DNA from: Marsupella aquatica
Taxonomy: Eukaryota > Plantae > Marchantiophyta
Direction of reading: 5' to 3'
NCBI GenBank assembly: GCA_973895155.1
Contig: OZ316894.1
Coordinates: 26,025,240 to 26,089,239 of the forward strand
DNA: 64,000 nucleotides
Positions 1-13,614 of this stretch are shown one piece after another. The position numbers and the translations under genes were made by a program. The notes below the pieces were generated by a model. The model worked only from the letters and a program-made list of their open reading frames with translations, was not told the origin of the DNA and made no database searches. Numbering within the stretch: position 1 is the first letter of the stretch; the number at the start of each line of letters is the position of its first letter.

Positions 1-700
1 ACAAAAGATGTCGTGTCGCCCAAGATGTTGTGAAGAAAAAAGATGTGTCACCCAAGATGTCATGGAGAAAAATATATTGTGTTGCCCAAGATGTCATGAA
101 GCTTAGTGTCTTGGCTTTGGTCGCCCCAATGCCAAGACCCCTTGGGGCAATGAAATGGCTTGGCTGCCTTTTCTCTGAGAAAATGAGGGTTACATCTCAA
201 GTTTTGGGTACTTATTGTTTTATTCGATACAGCCCGATGCCCGTGTGTTGCAGAAAAGATGTTGAGGTGACGAAGACTGAGATGTCAAGGTGAAAGAGAT
301 GTGAATGAGAGAAAGAGATGTCGAGGTGAGGAAAAGAAGTCAATGTGAAAGAAATTCATGAGAGAAAGAGATGTCAAGGCGAGGAAAAAATTTAAAGATG
401 AGAAAAAGCTGTGAGGGAGAGAAAAAAATGTTGAGGTGAGGGAAAGATGTTGCGGTGAGATGCATATATATGTCAAGGTGAGAAAAAGGTAAGAGGTTGA
501 GGTGAGAAAAGATGGTGAGGTGAAAAAAAGATGTAAAGATGAGTTAAAGATGTCGAGGAGAGAAAAAATGTTGAGGGTGAGATAACAATGTCAATGTGAG
601 AAAAAAATAGGAAGATGAGTAAAGGTATCAAGGTAAGGTAAAGTTGTGGTGATGTTCAATAAACCGTGCGTTGCACATAGAATTGGAGACGTGAGATAAC
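1..700 (-). mobile_element. Non-autonomous Helitron-like repeat (degenerate AAGATGTC(G/A)TG.. array), partial
   Basis: Degenerate AAGATGTCGTGTCG-type repeats as at 46890-47230 and, inverted, at 2880-3800. Internal CCGTG(T/C)GTTGCA hairpin-type motifs near 240 and 664. Sequence near 1070-1140 resembles 47500-47565. Confidence 0.5.
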
Positions 701-2879
701 ATCGAGTGCTTGCAGGTCCAAGCACAACCAAGTGATAGGGATAAATAAATTTTTTTGTTTTAAACATTGAAATAAATAAATATAAATTATTTATATTCAA
801 GTTTTTCCAAAATTTGAAAATTAATATCCAATTTTTTAAATTCCAATTTTAGTAATTATTATTTTTTAATTAAATTTTCATCTTGGTCAGGTTTGGGCAG
901 GAGGCAATTGAGATTTAAAGGGGTATGGATAGATCTAACGAAGACTGTGTCAGGAGCATAATAAAGGGTTACTATTAATTCACATTTTTTATTGAGTTTG
1001 TAAAAGGAAGTCTACTTGACCCTAGTGTATTGATAGAGTCACTCCTCATTTTCTTTGTCTTGTGTGATTTCTTCTTGTTTGGAAACCGTGCCCTTCATTT
1101 TCATTCACACTAAATTAAATGTTCTTTTTGCTTTATTCCTTATCTTTGTTTACATGTTTTTATGTTTGTCATTTAAAGTACACTGCAAATTTGAAAGACA
1201 GACCACTCTATAAAATGGCGCAACCTTGTATTATAATTTAGGATACTATATACCTTGTCATGAATTTTTTCTATGCTACTACTTTTGTTTGTGGCCAGGT
1301 TTGTGTAATATTAAGAAAATTAATGCAATGGCCTTTATCACACCCAGTTAAAATTAATCAAATTGCCTTTATCACACTTAGTTTTGCAATCCAATGGCCT
1401 GGGTCTCCCTCAATGTGACTTTTACCACCCTTGGGTTAATTGACTGAGAGGTGGATTGTGTAATCCTGTCATATGCCCAGCCTCTATCCAGCTTAGGGTG
1501 GTCAAAGTCACGTACCTTACCTGAGGGAGACCAGAGCTGATTGATCACAGGAATGGGGAGCAATGAGAGCCAAAGGATTTGAAGGAGCTACCCCAGGGTT
1601 GATTTTCTCAACCCAGGAACAAAAACAGTGGCATAGTGATAAATTAAAAAAAATTCAGTGGCAAGGCTGATATGTATTATGCCAAAACTTAGTGACAACT
1701 AGAGAATCACAGAATTTCAAAATGTGTGTCTGACTTTGTTCCTCAGCTGCTTGGTTTATCCGGTGACTTTTCTGTGTCATGGAATTCTTTGAAAGGGGGT
1801 GGTTGCAAGGGTGGTTGGGTCCTCAGCGGGGAACTAAAGTGTGTGCTGTGCGGCCTGGGCAATGAGGGAACACATGCCTCTATGGGCATGGGTGGAATCT
1901 TGGTCACGGGCCAATTCAACAAGGCAGTTGCAACTATGACAAGGCAATAAAGACAAGGTTTCCACAACCACAACACAAGTGAAATAGCAACAATTCTGCC
2001 ATAACAACTTGCAACATAAATTTTGGGCTAGTATCTATAAAAATATATAATCCCGCCTTTTGCCCTCATCGCCTGCTAAGGAACTGAACTTTTGGAGGGA
2101 ACTCGTAATGTTTGTTGGATTTAAACCTTAATAATCTTTCCTAGCCATGAGATCCTAGCTTGGGGCATAGATATATACATTGACTCTAAATCCTTCTTCT
2201 TTTTTGTGATAGTTGCCCAATGACACAAATGGCTGCAAGCATAAAATGGCCATAATGATAAATTGAACTCAATGATGAAATCTCAAGGGTCTCAGTACAT
2301 GGAGGCCTCTCCATCACCTGCGGCATTCTTAGGCCTCAGGCCCCCCTAAAATGTAAAAAAAAAAAAAATTTTAACCCCTATAAAGTTGGAGTATTTGTGG
2401 AATATTTCAAATTTTGATTAAAATGGCCTGAATGTTCTTACATGTCTCAAAATTGGATTTAAAAGACTTTCCAAGCAAAAAGAAGACAAAGTATTCCCCT
2501 TTACCCTCCACGTTACACCATGCTCCTCCTTCTACCATCCATGCCATACTATGCTCCATGCAATATCATCCACGCATAGGAAGTGCTACATTAGTGCTCC
2601 TCCCTCTACCATCCATGCCATACTATGCTTCATACCATGTCATCCATGCATAGGAAGTGCTACATCATGAGAGGAGTTTAGTTGCAGATATTACATAATC
2701 AATAAAATAGTGCACAATTTTATCAATGAAACAAAGACAAGAAAAGAAAAATAGTGAAAAAGAAGGAAAAAGAAGGGGGTGGGGGGAAGGAGCCAGGGAG
2801 GGTATTAAGGTTTAAAAAGAAAGAAAAATGATCCCCCAAAAAAATGTTCATTCTCATTTTGTTGTACTTTGGTGGTGGT

Positions 2880-3801
2880 TGTCGCCTCTCTTTGTGTCAT
2901 CACATCTTTCACTCGACAATTTTTGTTTACGCGATGAGATGTTTCCAACAAAGATATATTTTCGAGATAATCAATATATTTTTCTCAACTCGAAATGTTT
3001 TTCTCTCATCTACAATTTTTTTCCACTTTGACATATTTTCTCACCTCAACATGCATCATTAGCGCAATGCACAGGTATCAGGCCTAAAATGTATCAGGCC
3101 CAAGATGTATTTAATAACATCTTTTATTTCACAACATCTTTGACTAATGACATATTTTATCTATTGACCATGCCCAAGATGTATTTAATAACATTTTTTA
3201 TTTCACAACATCTTTGACTAATGACATATTTTATCTATTGACCATTTTGTACTTAAAAACATCTTAATGCTTAATAACATCATTGGCAACATGACATCTA
3301 TTTACTTGATGACCTTTTGGACAACATGTCATCTTTGATAAAATGATTTCTTTTTCTTAATAAAATCATTTTATTTCATGATATATTTCACATAAGAATA
3401 TCATTCTTGAGAAACACAACATATTTTTTCTTCACAACATTCTGGGCACCACAACACTTTTCTCTTAGAAACATGTTGAGAGACACGATATCTTGGGGCG
3501 CCACAACATCTATATTCTTAACGATATCTTGGGTGTCACGACATCTTTATTTTAACAACATTTTGGGCAACACAACATCTTTTGTACAACAAACGAATAT
3601 TTTCCCTGAACGATGTCTTGGCTGAGACAACATTTTTTCCCTCAATGATGTCTTTGTCGACATGACATCTTTTTTCTCGAGATCTTGGCCGACAAGACAT
3701 CTTTTCTCTCAATAACCTCTTGACCGACACGACATCTTTTTTTCTCAATGACATCTTGACAGACACTACTTCTTTTGTGCAACGCACGTATATTGAGCTA
3801 G
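2880..3801 (+). mobile_element. Non-autonomous Helitron-like element, 3' end
   Basis: Array of ..GACATCTT.. repeats ending in GTGCAACGCACGTATATTGAGCTAG|T (3777-3802): a short hairpin, then CTAG before a host T, which is the canonical Helitron 3' terminus. The 5' boundary is approximate. Confidence 0.6.
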
Positions 3802-4033
3802 TCTTATATATTGACACCTCAAGATATGACTGCCACCTTTTAAATTAGCAATTTATTTCCTGTGAGCAACACAAAATTACATGAACTTTTCTCTAATTCA
3901 GAGCTCGGTTTTATGAGATGGACATCAAAGGAGGGCATCCAGAGAGTATCGAGAGATTAAGCAAGAGTGCAAGGGGTGTTAGTCCCTTCAAACTCCCAGA
4001 GATGGAGAGGAAGGAACTGATGGTACTTTACAC

Positions 4034-7000
4034 CTATTGCTGCTTTTGTTTGAATCTCTTCCACTCTCGACGATAGCGAGAGACCTCCTTCATAACAGCG
4101 AGCACGGCATGGAGTAGGACAGGGACGAAGAAAGGCTGTTTATCACAAAAGACAGAGTTAGCTTCTGCCGAAATAAAAACAGAAAGATGAGCAAGTAAAA
4201 TACCATCACGGATGCCTTTTCACATGTTAATAGCTGATGAGCTAACTGGAAATCTGCCTCATGTTCATCATTACATCAATTGGGAAAAGAACTCACAGTG
4301 TAAATTGCAAGATGATGCTCTGCAGGGTTGTACAGAAGAGACATTATCGAAGGGTGAAAAAAGGCTGCTTCTGCTAGTGATTTTGCTGTTCGAGCAGCTT
4401 CTGCAATCATCCAATATACACAATTCAGATATACGAATCGTTCAGGTACACAAAGAAACTTTCTGCCACGAAAAAATCTCTGCACAGCCACAATACTGAG
4501 GAAGAAGATTTAATTACGACCAACAGATCAGTTTACAGTGGATGTCATTGGGGTGGTCGGCAGTACCAGCTGTAGCCCCATAACTTCCTTCGGCCGCAGC
4601 AAAGCGAGCGGCACTAGCAGCTCTAAGAGACGATTTAACCTGTGACACAGAACAAGAGGAATTTTATCTTACTGCACTGCCGAATAAGGTAGCAGGTTCT
4701 TGACAGGAACAGATCCTGCCGTGAGCGGTACTGAAAGGAGGCGAATATGGTCCCCTAAAGAGGTCATCAACGGCATCCAGTTCATAAAAGTGAAGAATTT
4801 GTTGCTCAGAGTACCTGATCGCCAATCTCGTCCATTATCAGCATATTGGGAAGTTTGTGAACCTGTAAAAATAAAGCAGTTCTTATTGAGAACCTCACTA
4901 CGCGCATACGCTATAAATGTTCCGTATCTAAACAGTACAGCCTTCTCTCGCCTGTTGAAGTGAGCAGGAGATCACCTGTTTTATTCAAGAATCCAGGCAA
5001 CATGGACTACATTTCTAGATCTAAAGGGTAATGAGATGTAGGTGTATTCATCACTGGTTGAATGTGAGGATTCAGTGGGCCCTCTGAATAAGGACAGTTA
5101 CTAACGGGTATTATTGCTACTCTCATCCAAAGGTAATAGAGAAAAAATGGCAAGTTAAAGGGTTGAAAGCAAGGGGCCTTCCTTTCATGATTACTGTACA
5201 ATGTTACAGTAAAACAGATCTGTGACGATCAGATGAACTTACCAAACGAGACAGAGACGTCAACGTGGTGGCCGAAGCTGCCATGTTATCAATGGATTGC
5301 CTCCTTAGCAACACATCTAGTTCCCTGCAATAAAAGCACGGTACTGTCAGCTCCCTCGGGTCGCCTGAAAGGAGGGACTAGAAAGCTCTGGCACACATTC
5401 ACTAAAAATTGCAAAGAAAACTCATCAATGGTGGTACAGAGTTTGCATTGACGGGAAAGTTCAATTACTTTATCACGCTAAGACCTGGCTACACCATTCC
5501 TACCGTTTACTATTGCGACGAGTGTTTCACCGAGTAAAATGATTTCCATGTCAAGCACGCACTTGGAAAGAAAACGAAGACACGTGATGATACAGTCCTC
5601 ACCACTCAGCAAATCCTGTCGTCGAGGCTGGAAGGCTGAAAACTCTTGTGATGTTATCTTCGAATGTGCTTGAAGGAAGACCCAAAAGTGTGCGAAATTG
5701 AGCCACAAAAACACCAGCAAGTGGCTCAAAGTCCTGTCACCAATCACCAATGGAAATGAGTGACAAATGATCCCACGAACAGAATGATAGACAAGGGCAT
5801 GAAATTCCAATACAAACCTTAAGCTGAAAGTCACTGTCTGTGGATATATTGTTACTCTAAACCCTACACTCACATCAAACTTCTAGAACAACCATGACCG
5901 AAAAATCATGTCAGTTTCAGTGTCCGACAAATTGGCTTTCATTGTGACAGATTCCGTTTTCAGCTTGGTTATGTAAACTTTAGATAGGGGAGGTCTTCTA
6001 CCCCAGTTTTGGATAAGCGGGTTTACCTTGGATGTCAGAGTGGTGACCTTTGGCTTGTCACTAATCGAAACCGGTGTAGAACTCCTGACAGGATTCCAGA
6101 CAGCAACGCCTCCCCACTCCTGCTCCTCAAGCTTAAAGGTTAAATTCCATACAAATATACAAAAACACATGCATAATCCTTCAAGAAGCATTCGTGTGTC
6201 CGTTACATCAGATAGTTCTCAGTGTAGATAGTAACTCAACTGGACAATGGACACTCCGCATCATAAATTCAGACATTTACGATGAATAACAAATTCCATA
6301 GCAGCTCATTAAGTAACGGCCCTTCGAAAAATCACTGAGAGCTTGTAATCATGAAAAGAACCTTTTGGCACTTCGGAATCACATGTAGACCAATATACAT
6401 ATTATGCATTTAAAACAGCGTTTGCCCACTAGAACTCAAGATCCAAAGAGTGACTTCTCACCGGGGAAGTGAAAGCATTTGTTGAAGAAAGATGTCCATT
6501 GTCGAGTTGGAATTGAAGAGGCCACTCTTTGGCTGCAGGCACATATCTTGAGCACGATGATACAAACGAGGTAAACGCCTTGTTAACATATCATTCACCC
6601 TCAGTTCTTTCCACTGCCAATTGTGTACCCTGAATGGGTGCAACGTTGGTAAACTAGGTTTACATCTCTAGGGAAGTCATGCCTCAATGCAGCTGCTGCA
6701 GTGTATTGAAGATATAACTTAAAAACAGCTTAGGATAAAAAATATACGAAATATAATCGCTTAAAGAAGGAAGACTACTCATACATGGCAAAGTGAAGAA
6801 TCTTTGAGCGTCCAGCTGCTGCACTTGACGAATCCAGATGCCATTCAGCTGCATTCAGCTGCATCCAGTCATCAAAGTAGAAGCAGTTCTTTAGCAATAT
6901 ATGAATTCCAACGCATGTTACCCTTTTTCTTGCAAGCTTACTTTGTGGTTCCAAAAACTATATTGAATTCCAAACCAATCTGAAGAGGACGATGGCTAAG

Positions 7001-8975
7001 GGAATCTAGCAACACAGTGAAAACAAACAAACTTGAAAGGAATCAGACATTTGTAAGTAACAAACTCGTGGACTCCTTTTCCCAGGTGTTGCTGCTTATC
7101 CAGGTTTGTACTTACAAAAAAGGGCAGCTGCTTGGCAGTTACTAAATGTGCATTTAATGTGGGAACCCAATGTGACTCAACTGCCTTTGGTGTGTAGTAC
7201 AGCACCTGCAATGCACAACCTGTTCTCAGCTCCAGTCAACAGCTATTCGAGCAAAACAATCAAGCTGGTAGAGGCAGCGAAACAGAAGAGCTATTAAGGA
7301 ACTAAATGCCAAAATCTGCTTCACAGCGACTATCTCAAATACAATCGCGTAGCTGTACATTTTAGAGTCACGAGCATTATCTCAAACATGCGGCAATAAC
7401 TGTATCACATTGTGCAGTGTCCAGACTGGTAACCTGGCACTGAGAAAGTAGACCTTATATCTACTTATCTACGTCAATGTCAATTCCATGACTCTAATCA
7501 GTGTGGATTGGACAAAATGAACAAGAAAAAAGTCTACCTGGCTTTCAACCCTCAGTTGGGCGCTGCCTCTCAGAGACTCAACGACAGGCCGTAGGAATCG
7601 TTCCTCTAAGTCCTCAAAATTCCTGTTCCAATCCAATGCGGTGGAGTTTGCTTGAGGATTCCATAATGTACAACGAGGGTTATAGAATCTGCATCCTCCC
7701 AGATTCTTGAAACCATTTTATCCAGACTACTACAATAACGAAAGGGAAGAAGTAACAACTTACCAAAAACAACAGTTTGTTAATCTCATTTGTCAATGAA
7801 ACTAACTACCGATTTCCTAATCTCCCTGAGTTTCAGATGGCTTCCCTTACCAGTCAAAAATCCAGTCACTTGGATCTGCATTGAGGAGACTAAATGATAG
7901 AATCGCTTCTCCATCTGCTGAGAGAGGCATTTTGGAGCCCTTGTTTTCTCCTGACCCAATCTTTGCACCGCCAAAGAAATTGACAGCAAGGTTTCCAATC
8001 CTGGTAAGTATATCTTCCTCAAGATTATCAGAGGAAAATTCTCCAGAAATCCATGCATGACGATATTTGCCAAGAACCGTCCGTAAGTGATTTGAGCTGC
8101 CATCCACCGTCTCCTTCAGTAGAACAACAACAGTATAAAGGCCACCATCATGTGCTGTCTCACTTGAATTCGACGTTGTAGACTGAATGAGCCTATTGGA
8201 AAAGTCCAACAACATCTCATCGACAGCATCGTCATTAGACAGGTGGAGTGTTGTCAACAGACTAGGCGATCCTAGCCCACAAGGCCAGGCGGCATTAGCC
8301 TGTACCTCTTGTGATCGCAGGCATGAAGTAGGTGTATCCAATGTGACCAGCAATTCAAATCCTGCTCGGCAGCTTTGCTTATCTGATGGATTTCTCTCTT
8401 CGAATCTATATATGTATCGCTGGATTTTAGACAGCACTGAGTTCAGATAAACCACTGTGAAGGAAGTTTCGACTCCAGAGGCCAGAATAACGTGTAACTG
8501 GCAACGCAGCTCAAGGGAATTTGAAGAGGCCCAGCGTGAATACGAATCTATGTCCGCAAAAGGAAGGGGAGCTCGATAGACCTGCGTCGACTTGTACCAG
8601 AATGGAGTTCCTGCAAGAAAACCACGTGAGGCTTCTCCCAGATGTCACAATTTATGCCGTAGACGAATTAGGCGAGCTCAAAATCTGGAAGCAGCAGAAT
8701 GTCCAAAAGTAACCTAACAACCGCGGGCATCAGTCACTCAGGATCCCATCAACTGGGAGTCAAGGTACCAAATATCCGAAAACAGACAAGAATAACAACA
8801 CCATATTACGATGATGATCAATCTAATTGACCGGCGAGAGTAAAGTTGAGCACTGCGTACCGATGATGAAAGAGAGCAGCGTGATCACGGTGATAAGCAA
8901 TCGCTTCCGGCCAGGCTTTGTGGACCTGAAATCTGGAGGCTGAGGCGCCGCTTCTGCTGCTGCTGTGGGCGCCAT
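4034..8975 (-). CDS. PIGS: GPI transamidase component PIG-S (multi-exon)
   Basis: Exon 1 (8975-8861) reads MAPTAAAEAAPQPPDFRSTKPGRKRLLITVITLLSFII. Exon 2 (8610-7851) reads GTPFWYKSTQVYRAPLPFADID...LSFSLLNADPSDWIFDW. Later exons include WGGVAVWNP, ELDVLLRRQ...ATTLTSLSRL, LPNMLIMDEIGDQ and AEAAFFHPSIMSLLY.P.EH.LAIYT. The last exon reads PFFVPVLLHAVLAVMKE...KQQ*. These match plant PIG-S motifs, with GT-AG boundaries at the junctions checked. Some internal exon limits were not resolved. Confidence 0.92.
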
Positions 8976-9762
8976 TCAATCCTCACTCGTGATGCATCAG
9001 AGTACCAATCAGACCCACTACTCTATATAACCCAAAATGAACGAGGCAACGAATTTTTTATTGCCTCTGAAAGGATTTCAAGCTACTGATGTTCTGCTCA
9101 GGATTTTAATTAAAACCAGAGCGTGAGTGACAGGATTTCAAAACCAGAGTGAGGGGATTTCAAAACTAGATCAGAGCTCGAGTGAGAGGCATTTTCCTTC
9201 TGACCGGCTCAACCGGTGATCCCAAATGAGTGACCGCCTCCTTCCCATCGTTGTTCCTGCACAAGCTCGGATGGAGCTCAAGGTTTGAACATATGCTTGG
9301 ATGTATTGTTGCGACCCCGGAAGAAATGAGACGCAAGATGAGTATTGTATGTTTTAGAGCACCCCCATGGTCCGGTTAACCAACAGCCCGGATAACTTTG
9401 GCGTCGGGGGAAGGGGGGGGGAGGGAGGGAACCATTCCCCACCTCACCCCGCTATCACTAAATGGGTTGCCCAGGCCCACCTCTTTTCGATCCTCCCACG
9501 GCACTCCTACGCTCCAGAAGCCGGCGGGAAGTGGCCCTGGGCTTGCCCACCATCTATGTGCAACGGCCAAGATCCATTGTCGGATTATCAATCTATTGGC
9601 TCAGATTGGCTGGGACAGTCCCAAGTCCCTTTGATGTCCACTTCATGTGGATCTCGTGTTCACAAACACAATGATCGAGTGTTGCTTTTCCCTCGGTTCT
9701 GGACAGAGCGTACTTGCTTGCTTCCTCACGTTCTCGAGCTCTCGTTCGTGCATTCTAGCACC

Positions 9763-10520
9763 ATGGCAGCAAACAGTGCTTGCAGGCAGAATTTCTCATT
9801 CGCAGAGTTGAAATAGTTGTGCATGTCCTGGGTGAACATTGGACAGTACCCTATTGTTGGTGCAGGGCAAAAGAACCAAACTTTTTCAGACCATGTTACT
9901 TCGAACTACAATCAGCACAGACCCAAAGGGACCAAGGAGAGAGGAGCTAGATCTTTCGAGAGCAAATGGGAAGCCAATGTAGAAGATCTCATATTGTCAG
10001 TTCCAATGCAAAAGACACTCTTTTGAAAGCTAGGGAGCACTATCAAGCCCAACATCCTAAAGAGAAAGAGTTCCAATACATTGATTGTTGGTACTTGCTT
10101 AAAGATTGGCCAATAAAACAAGGAGCAAGAAAGTGAAGGACAAGGGCAAGGACGCTGATAGGGGCCTTCCACCGACAGAGAAGGAAATTTTCCTCCCACA
10201 CTGTACTCCCCCACAGAAATCATTAATCCAAATGGTGGTGGCAACAATTCTGCGCTGTCATACAGCAATGGACACAAGAGGCCCATTGGCAGCAAGTCTG
10301 CAAAGAAGCTGAAGGGGGAGGAATGTGCATTTAGGATTGCAGCTTATGCACAGAGGGATATGGCAATCACAGAAGCAAAACGGTTGAAGGTCTTGGAAGA
10401 GCACTTTCTTTATAATTTGTTCAGCTTGAGGGAAGGAGACGTGGATTGCAATTCAGAGATTTTTTAACAAGTGTGGGGAGAGGGAGCTACCAAAATTTGA
10501 GAAGAAATTTGAGAAGGAGG
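9763..10520 (+). pseudogene. PIF/Harbinger ORF1 (Myb/SANT-like, NAM-associated) remnant
   Basis: RQNFSFAELK*LCMSWVNIGQYPIVGAGQKNQTF...ERGARSFESKW and later KRPIGSKSAKK resemble Harbinger DNA-binding ORF1. Interrupted by stops and frameshifts. Confidence 0.7.
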
Positions 10521-11429
10521 ATATTGAACGGAGGGCTACTCCCTTTGCAGTGAATAGGGTTTAGGGTTCTCTTCTTCAACTATTGAGAGAACATGACTTT
10601 TCCAGGTCCCTCATTAGGTATCAAGCTATATTGTTGTAGAGTGGTTGGCGCTCCCAAGAGGTTTTCACAAGATGTTTCACAGTCTTTTGAAGTTCACAAC
10701 TTTTCCTCCCTTGAGTACTAACACCTAACAACCCACAAGTGACCTTTGAGCGTTGATTGTGGACTGCACTTTCTTGAACTTTGCATAGGACTGAGCTCTA
10801 AGTACTTCAACTCAACTCAACTCAACATTTTAACTGCACCTTATAAGCAGGGTTAGATTTCTAACATTTTCAAGTTTCATGAGTCATTTTTTGTTAATAT
10901 ACTTTTTGTTGTTTGGAGAACACTTTTGTCTAGAGAAAGTGCACTAGTCTATTGAGTACTTTCTTAATTTCACCAATGACACCACCATTAACTCAGATGT
11001 TGAGCTATCTATTGTGTAATAGGGCTGCATATCCAAAGGCTAGGAAAAGGACTTCTGGCCGTGGTGAATCTGAGGGTGAATCAAGTTTTTCAGTTGGGTT
11101 ACAGTCATCCTACTACTTGTTCTGGTTCCGGCTCTAGCTCCACATTTGCCTCCGTCGGCATTTCCTGTGAGTGGGCCCCCCTACTTCAAGCACATCATTA
11201 GTTCCCAATGGTTCTCTATGGTTCTTAGCAGGGTTCAAAATTAGAGGCTGTACAGGTGATTAAAGGCAAGGAGCACATTGTAGACCTCACTCTCTCCTCA
11301 GGTTTGGAAGCTCAACCGAGCGACTGCAGCAATTGATTCAAAGGTGGCAGAGGGGAAGCAAAAGAGAGCCCATCTCAGAGCCCATGAGTCCCCATGGGCA
11401 GAGGCAGTAGTGGGTGCTGATGGGAAAAT

Positions 11430-12160
11430 TTCTCAAGTGCGGCGTATGATTTGCTGTAAGGTCAAGGCATTCAGAAGTTGTTGGTTCCAAAGCTTGATGG
11501 TCTAAAGAACACAAGGTGGATTCCCTCGTTAGAGCCCATGCACAGAATTCTGGCTGAGTATAAGACACTGGTAGTGAAGATGCGTGTTGATTTAGTTAAT
11601 TGCTACAAATACTAATTTTTGAATTGCTAACAGACTTTGAGAATTTGTTGGCATTTTCTCTCATTGTACGAATCAAATTTGTGCAATCACTTGGTGCTTT
11701 CATATGTGATTACATGGGACGGTCAAGATTTGCCAAGTATAGCTTTATTCATTGTTTGTTGATCCAGTGACAACATTCACTGGCTTAGAGTTAAAGCACT
11801 TCAATGATTTGGTGGAGAATAAGAGCCCCACTATAGGTTTGGAGCAGGTTATGGATTTGAGCACTAGAGTTGAGCAACTGTCCTATCAAATTATGCAACA
11901 TTATTACCCTCTGCAACATTATTTCCCGAATGCAACAACTGAGCATCTGATTCTGTTCGGCACGCAGATTATGAAAGTTTGATTGCAAGGGTTAAATTTC
12001 AATGTTGCAGTCCTACAAAGCAACTAATTGTAGAGCTTCATGAGAGATTTCCCGAGTCCCCATTGAAGAGTGCCTTGGGAGTGATGTTCCCCCAATTTTT
12101 GGATGGAGGATGATGCCAAGGTGGTCTTCCTATTGCATATGGCAACAATCAAGAACAACT
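11430..12160 (+). mobile_element. hAT-like (ZNF862-type) transposase remnant
   Basis: Broken frames read KLLVPKLDGL..TRWIPSLEPMHRILAEYKTLVVKM, IKFVQS..FICDY, LYSLFVDP and ELHERFP...SALGVMFPQF, typical of hAT-derived transposases. Many stops and frameshifts. Confidence 0.55.
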
Positions 12161-12972
12161 AATTAATGCCAATTGAGAAGCAGGAATGTGAAGGCTGCGA
12201 CATACTTAAAGTGGGCAAGTCCCTAACAGAGGAAATTATGTCTCTTTGTAACTAAAGAGCGCAGCTGATCAAGTTACCATTTGCCACCTGAATGCACTGG
12301 CCTTAACTTTGGGATTAGCCAGTGAACTTAATCCTAACCAGAGACTGTCAGCTAGTGGCTAGACCTAGTAGCCAACTTTTTTTTAACTCAGTAGGCCAGT
12401 AGAGAGCCACCTTGGCTACTTTTTTAAATACAAAAAATGGGCTGCCCCTAAGCTCTACCAGGCTCTTCAGTTTGCTAATAGGTAAGCTTTTAGGTTTTTG
12501 TTCCTGGTTGTTGTTGGGGGAACTTTGCCTGGGTCTCTTGGGCTTTTGGGGGCTTGGCCTCCCTGGGATTTTTCCTTATTGCCCTCCTTCCCCCCTCTTT
12601 ATTGGGTCTCTCTCCTGTGGCAGTGTGGTATATGTATTTTTAGAGGTATTTAACTTTTTGTCGTTAAATGACCCAACACGTAGTAACCTGCAAAACCCAT
12701 AGAATATAAGGCAAGAGATTAAATACTCCCTTACATTACTTACATCATGATGGACCTAAACGGCTGCTAGCCACAGATCCTGCAGAAGTGTAAAGTAGAA
12801 AGTAAAAGGCTGCGAGCCACAGATTCGGGACCCAACCGATCTTGTCTGCTTTTCTCCTTTCCCTCTAAATTTAACTAATACTACTGGCTGAGAAACACCA
12901 CTCGAATACGATTATGTATCAGCTTTGGAGGTGAGGAGAACAGCTTGAGGGCATTGTAATGTCACTGCTCTT

Positions 12973-13210
12973 GCTCTCCTGACCAGCTTCTGATTCCTTG
13001 GGATTTCTCGACATACGAATCCATTCGATCTTCAACAATTTGTTTGGAGCCGCTGCCACTGCTCGTTCTCTCCTGACCAGTTTTTGATTCCTTGGGATTT
13101 TCTCGAGACACCAATCCATTCCCTCCTCAACAATTCTCCTGGAGCCGCTGCCTCCGCTCTTTCTCCTGACCAGTTTTTGATTGGATTTTTCCGAGAAAGC
13201 AATCCATTCA
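12973..13210. repeat. ~95-bp tandem repeat, about 2.5-3 copies
   Basis: TCTCCTGACCAG..TGATT..GGATTT..CGA....AATCCATTC recurs at ~12975, ~13069 and ~13162. Confidence 0.8.
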
Positions 13211-13614
13211 AAATAAAAATTCTTTCCATTCAGCCCAGCTCGTATGTCACCATAGAAAGCAATTTGTGACGATTTTTCCTACACAGCACTTGCCTCTGCT
13301 CGTCTGAGCTAAGCTTAGCTGTGCACAATGACTGGGCTGTGGTCACCCCCTTGCTGCTAGCTAACATCGAGGTGTTGTTTACGGTCCTCTGTTCCCAAGG
13401 ATCTAAGTAGGGTACTTGTCTTTGGGAAGGGGGTCCGGAATTTGAGCAAGACAGCAAGTGCATGGACCAGGACGAATTCAGAGGAAAATTCCCGAAGATT
13501 AGCCTTGACTAGGCGTGAGTGGCAGGGCAGCATTAGTCTGGCGCATGGGAACGAATTCACTTTATTTTGAGGCTTTGGAGTGACAGACGACGATCCTGTC
13601 AAGAAGTTCACATC

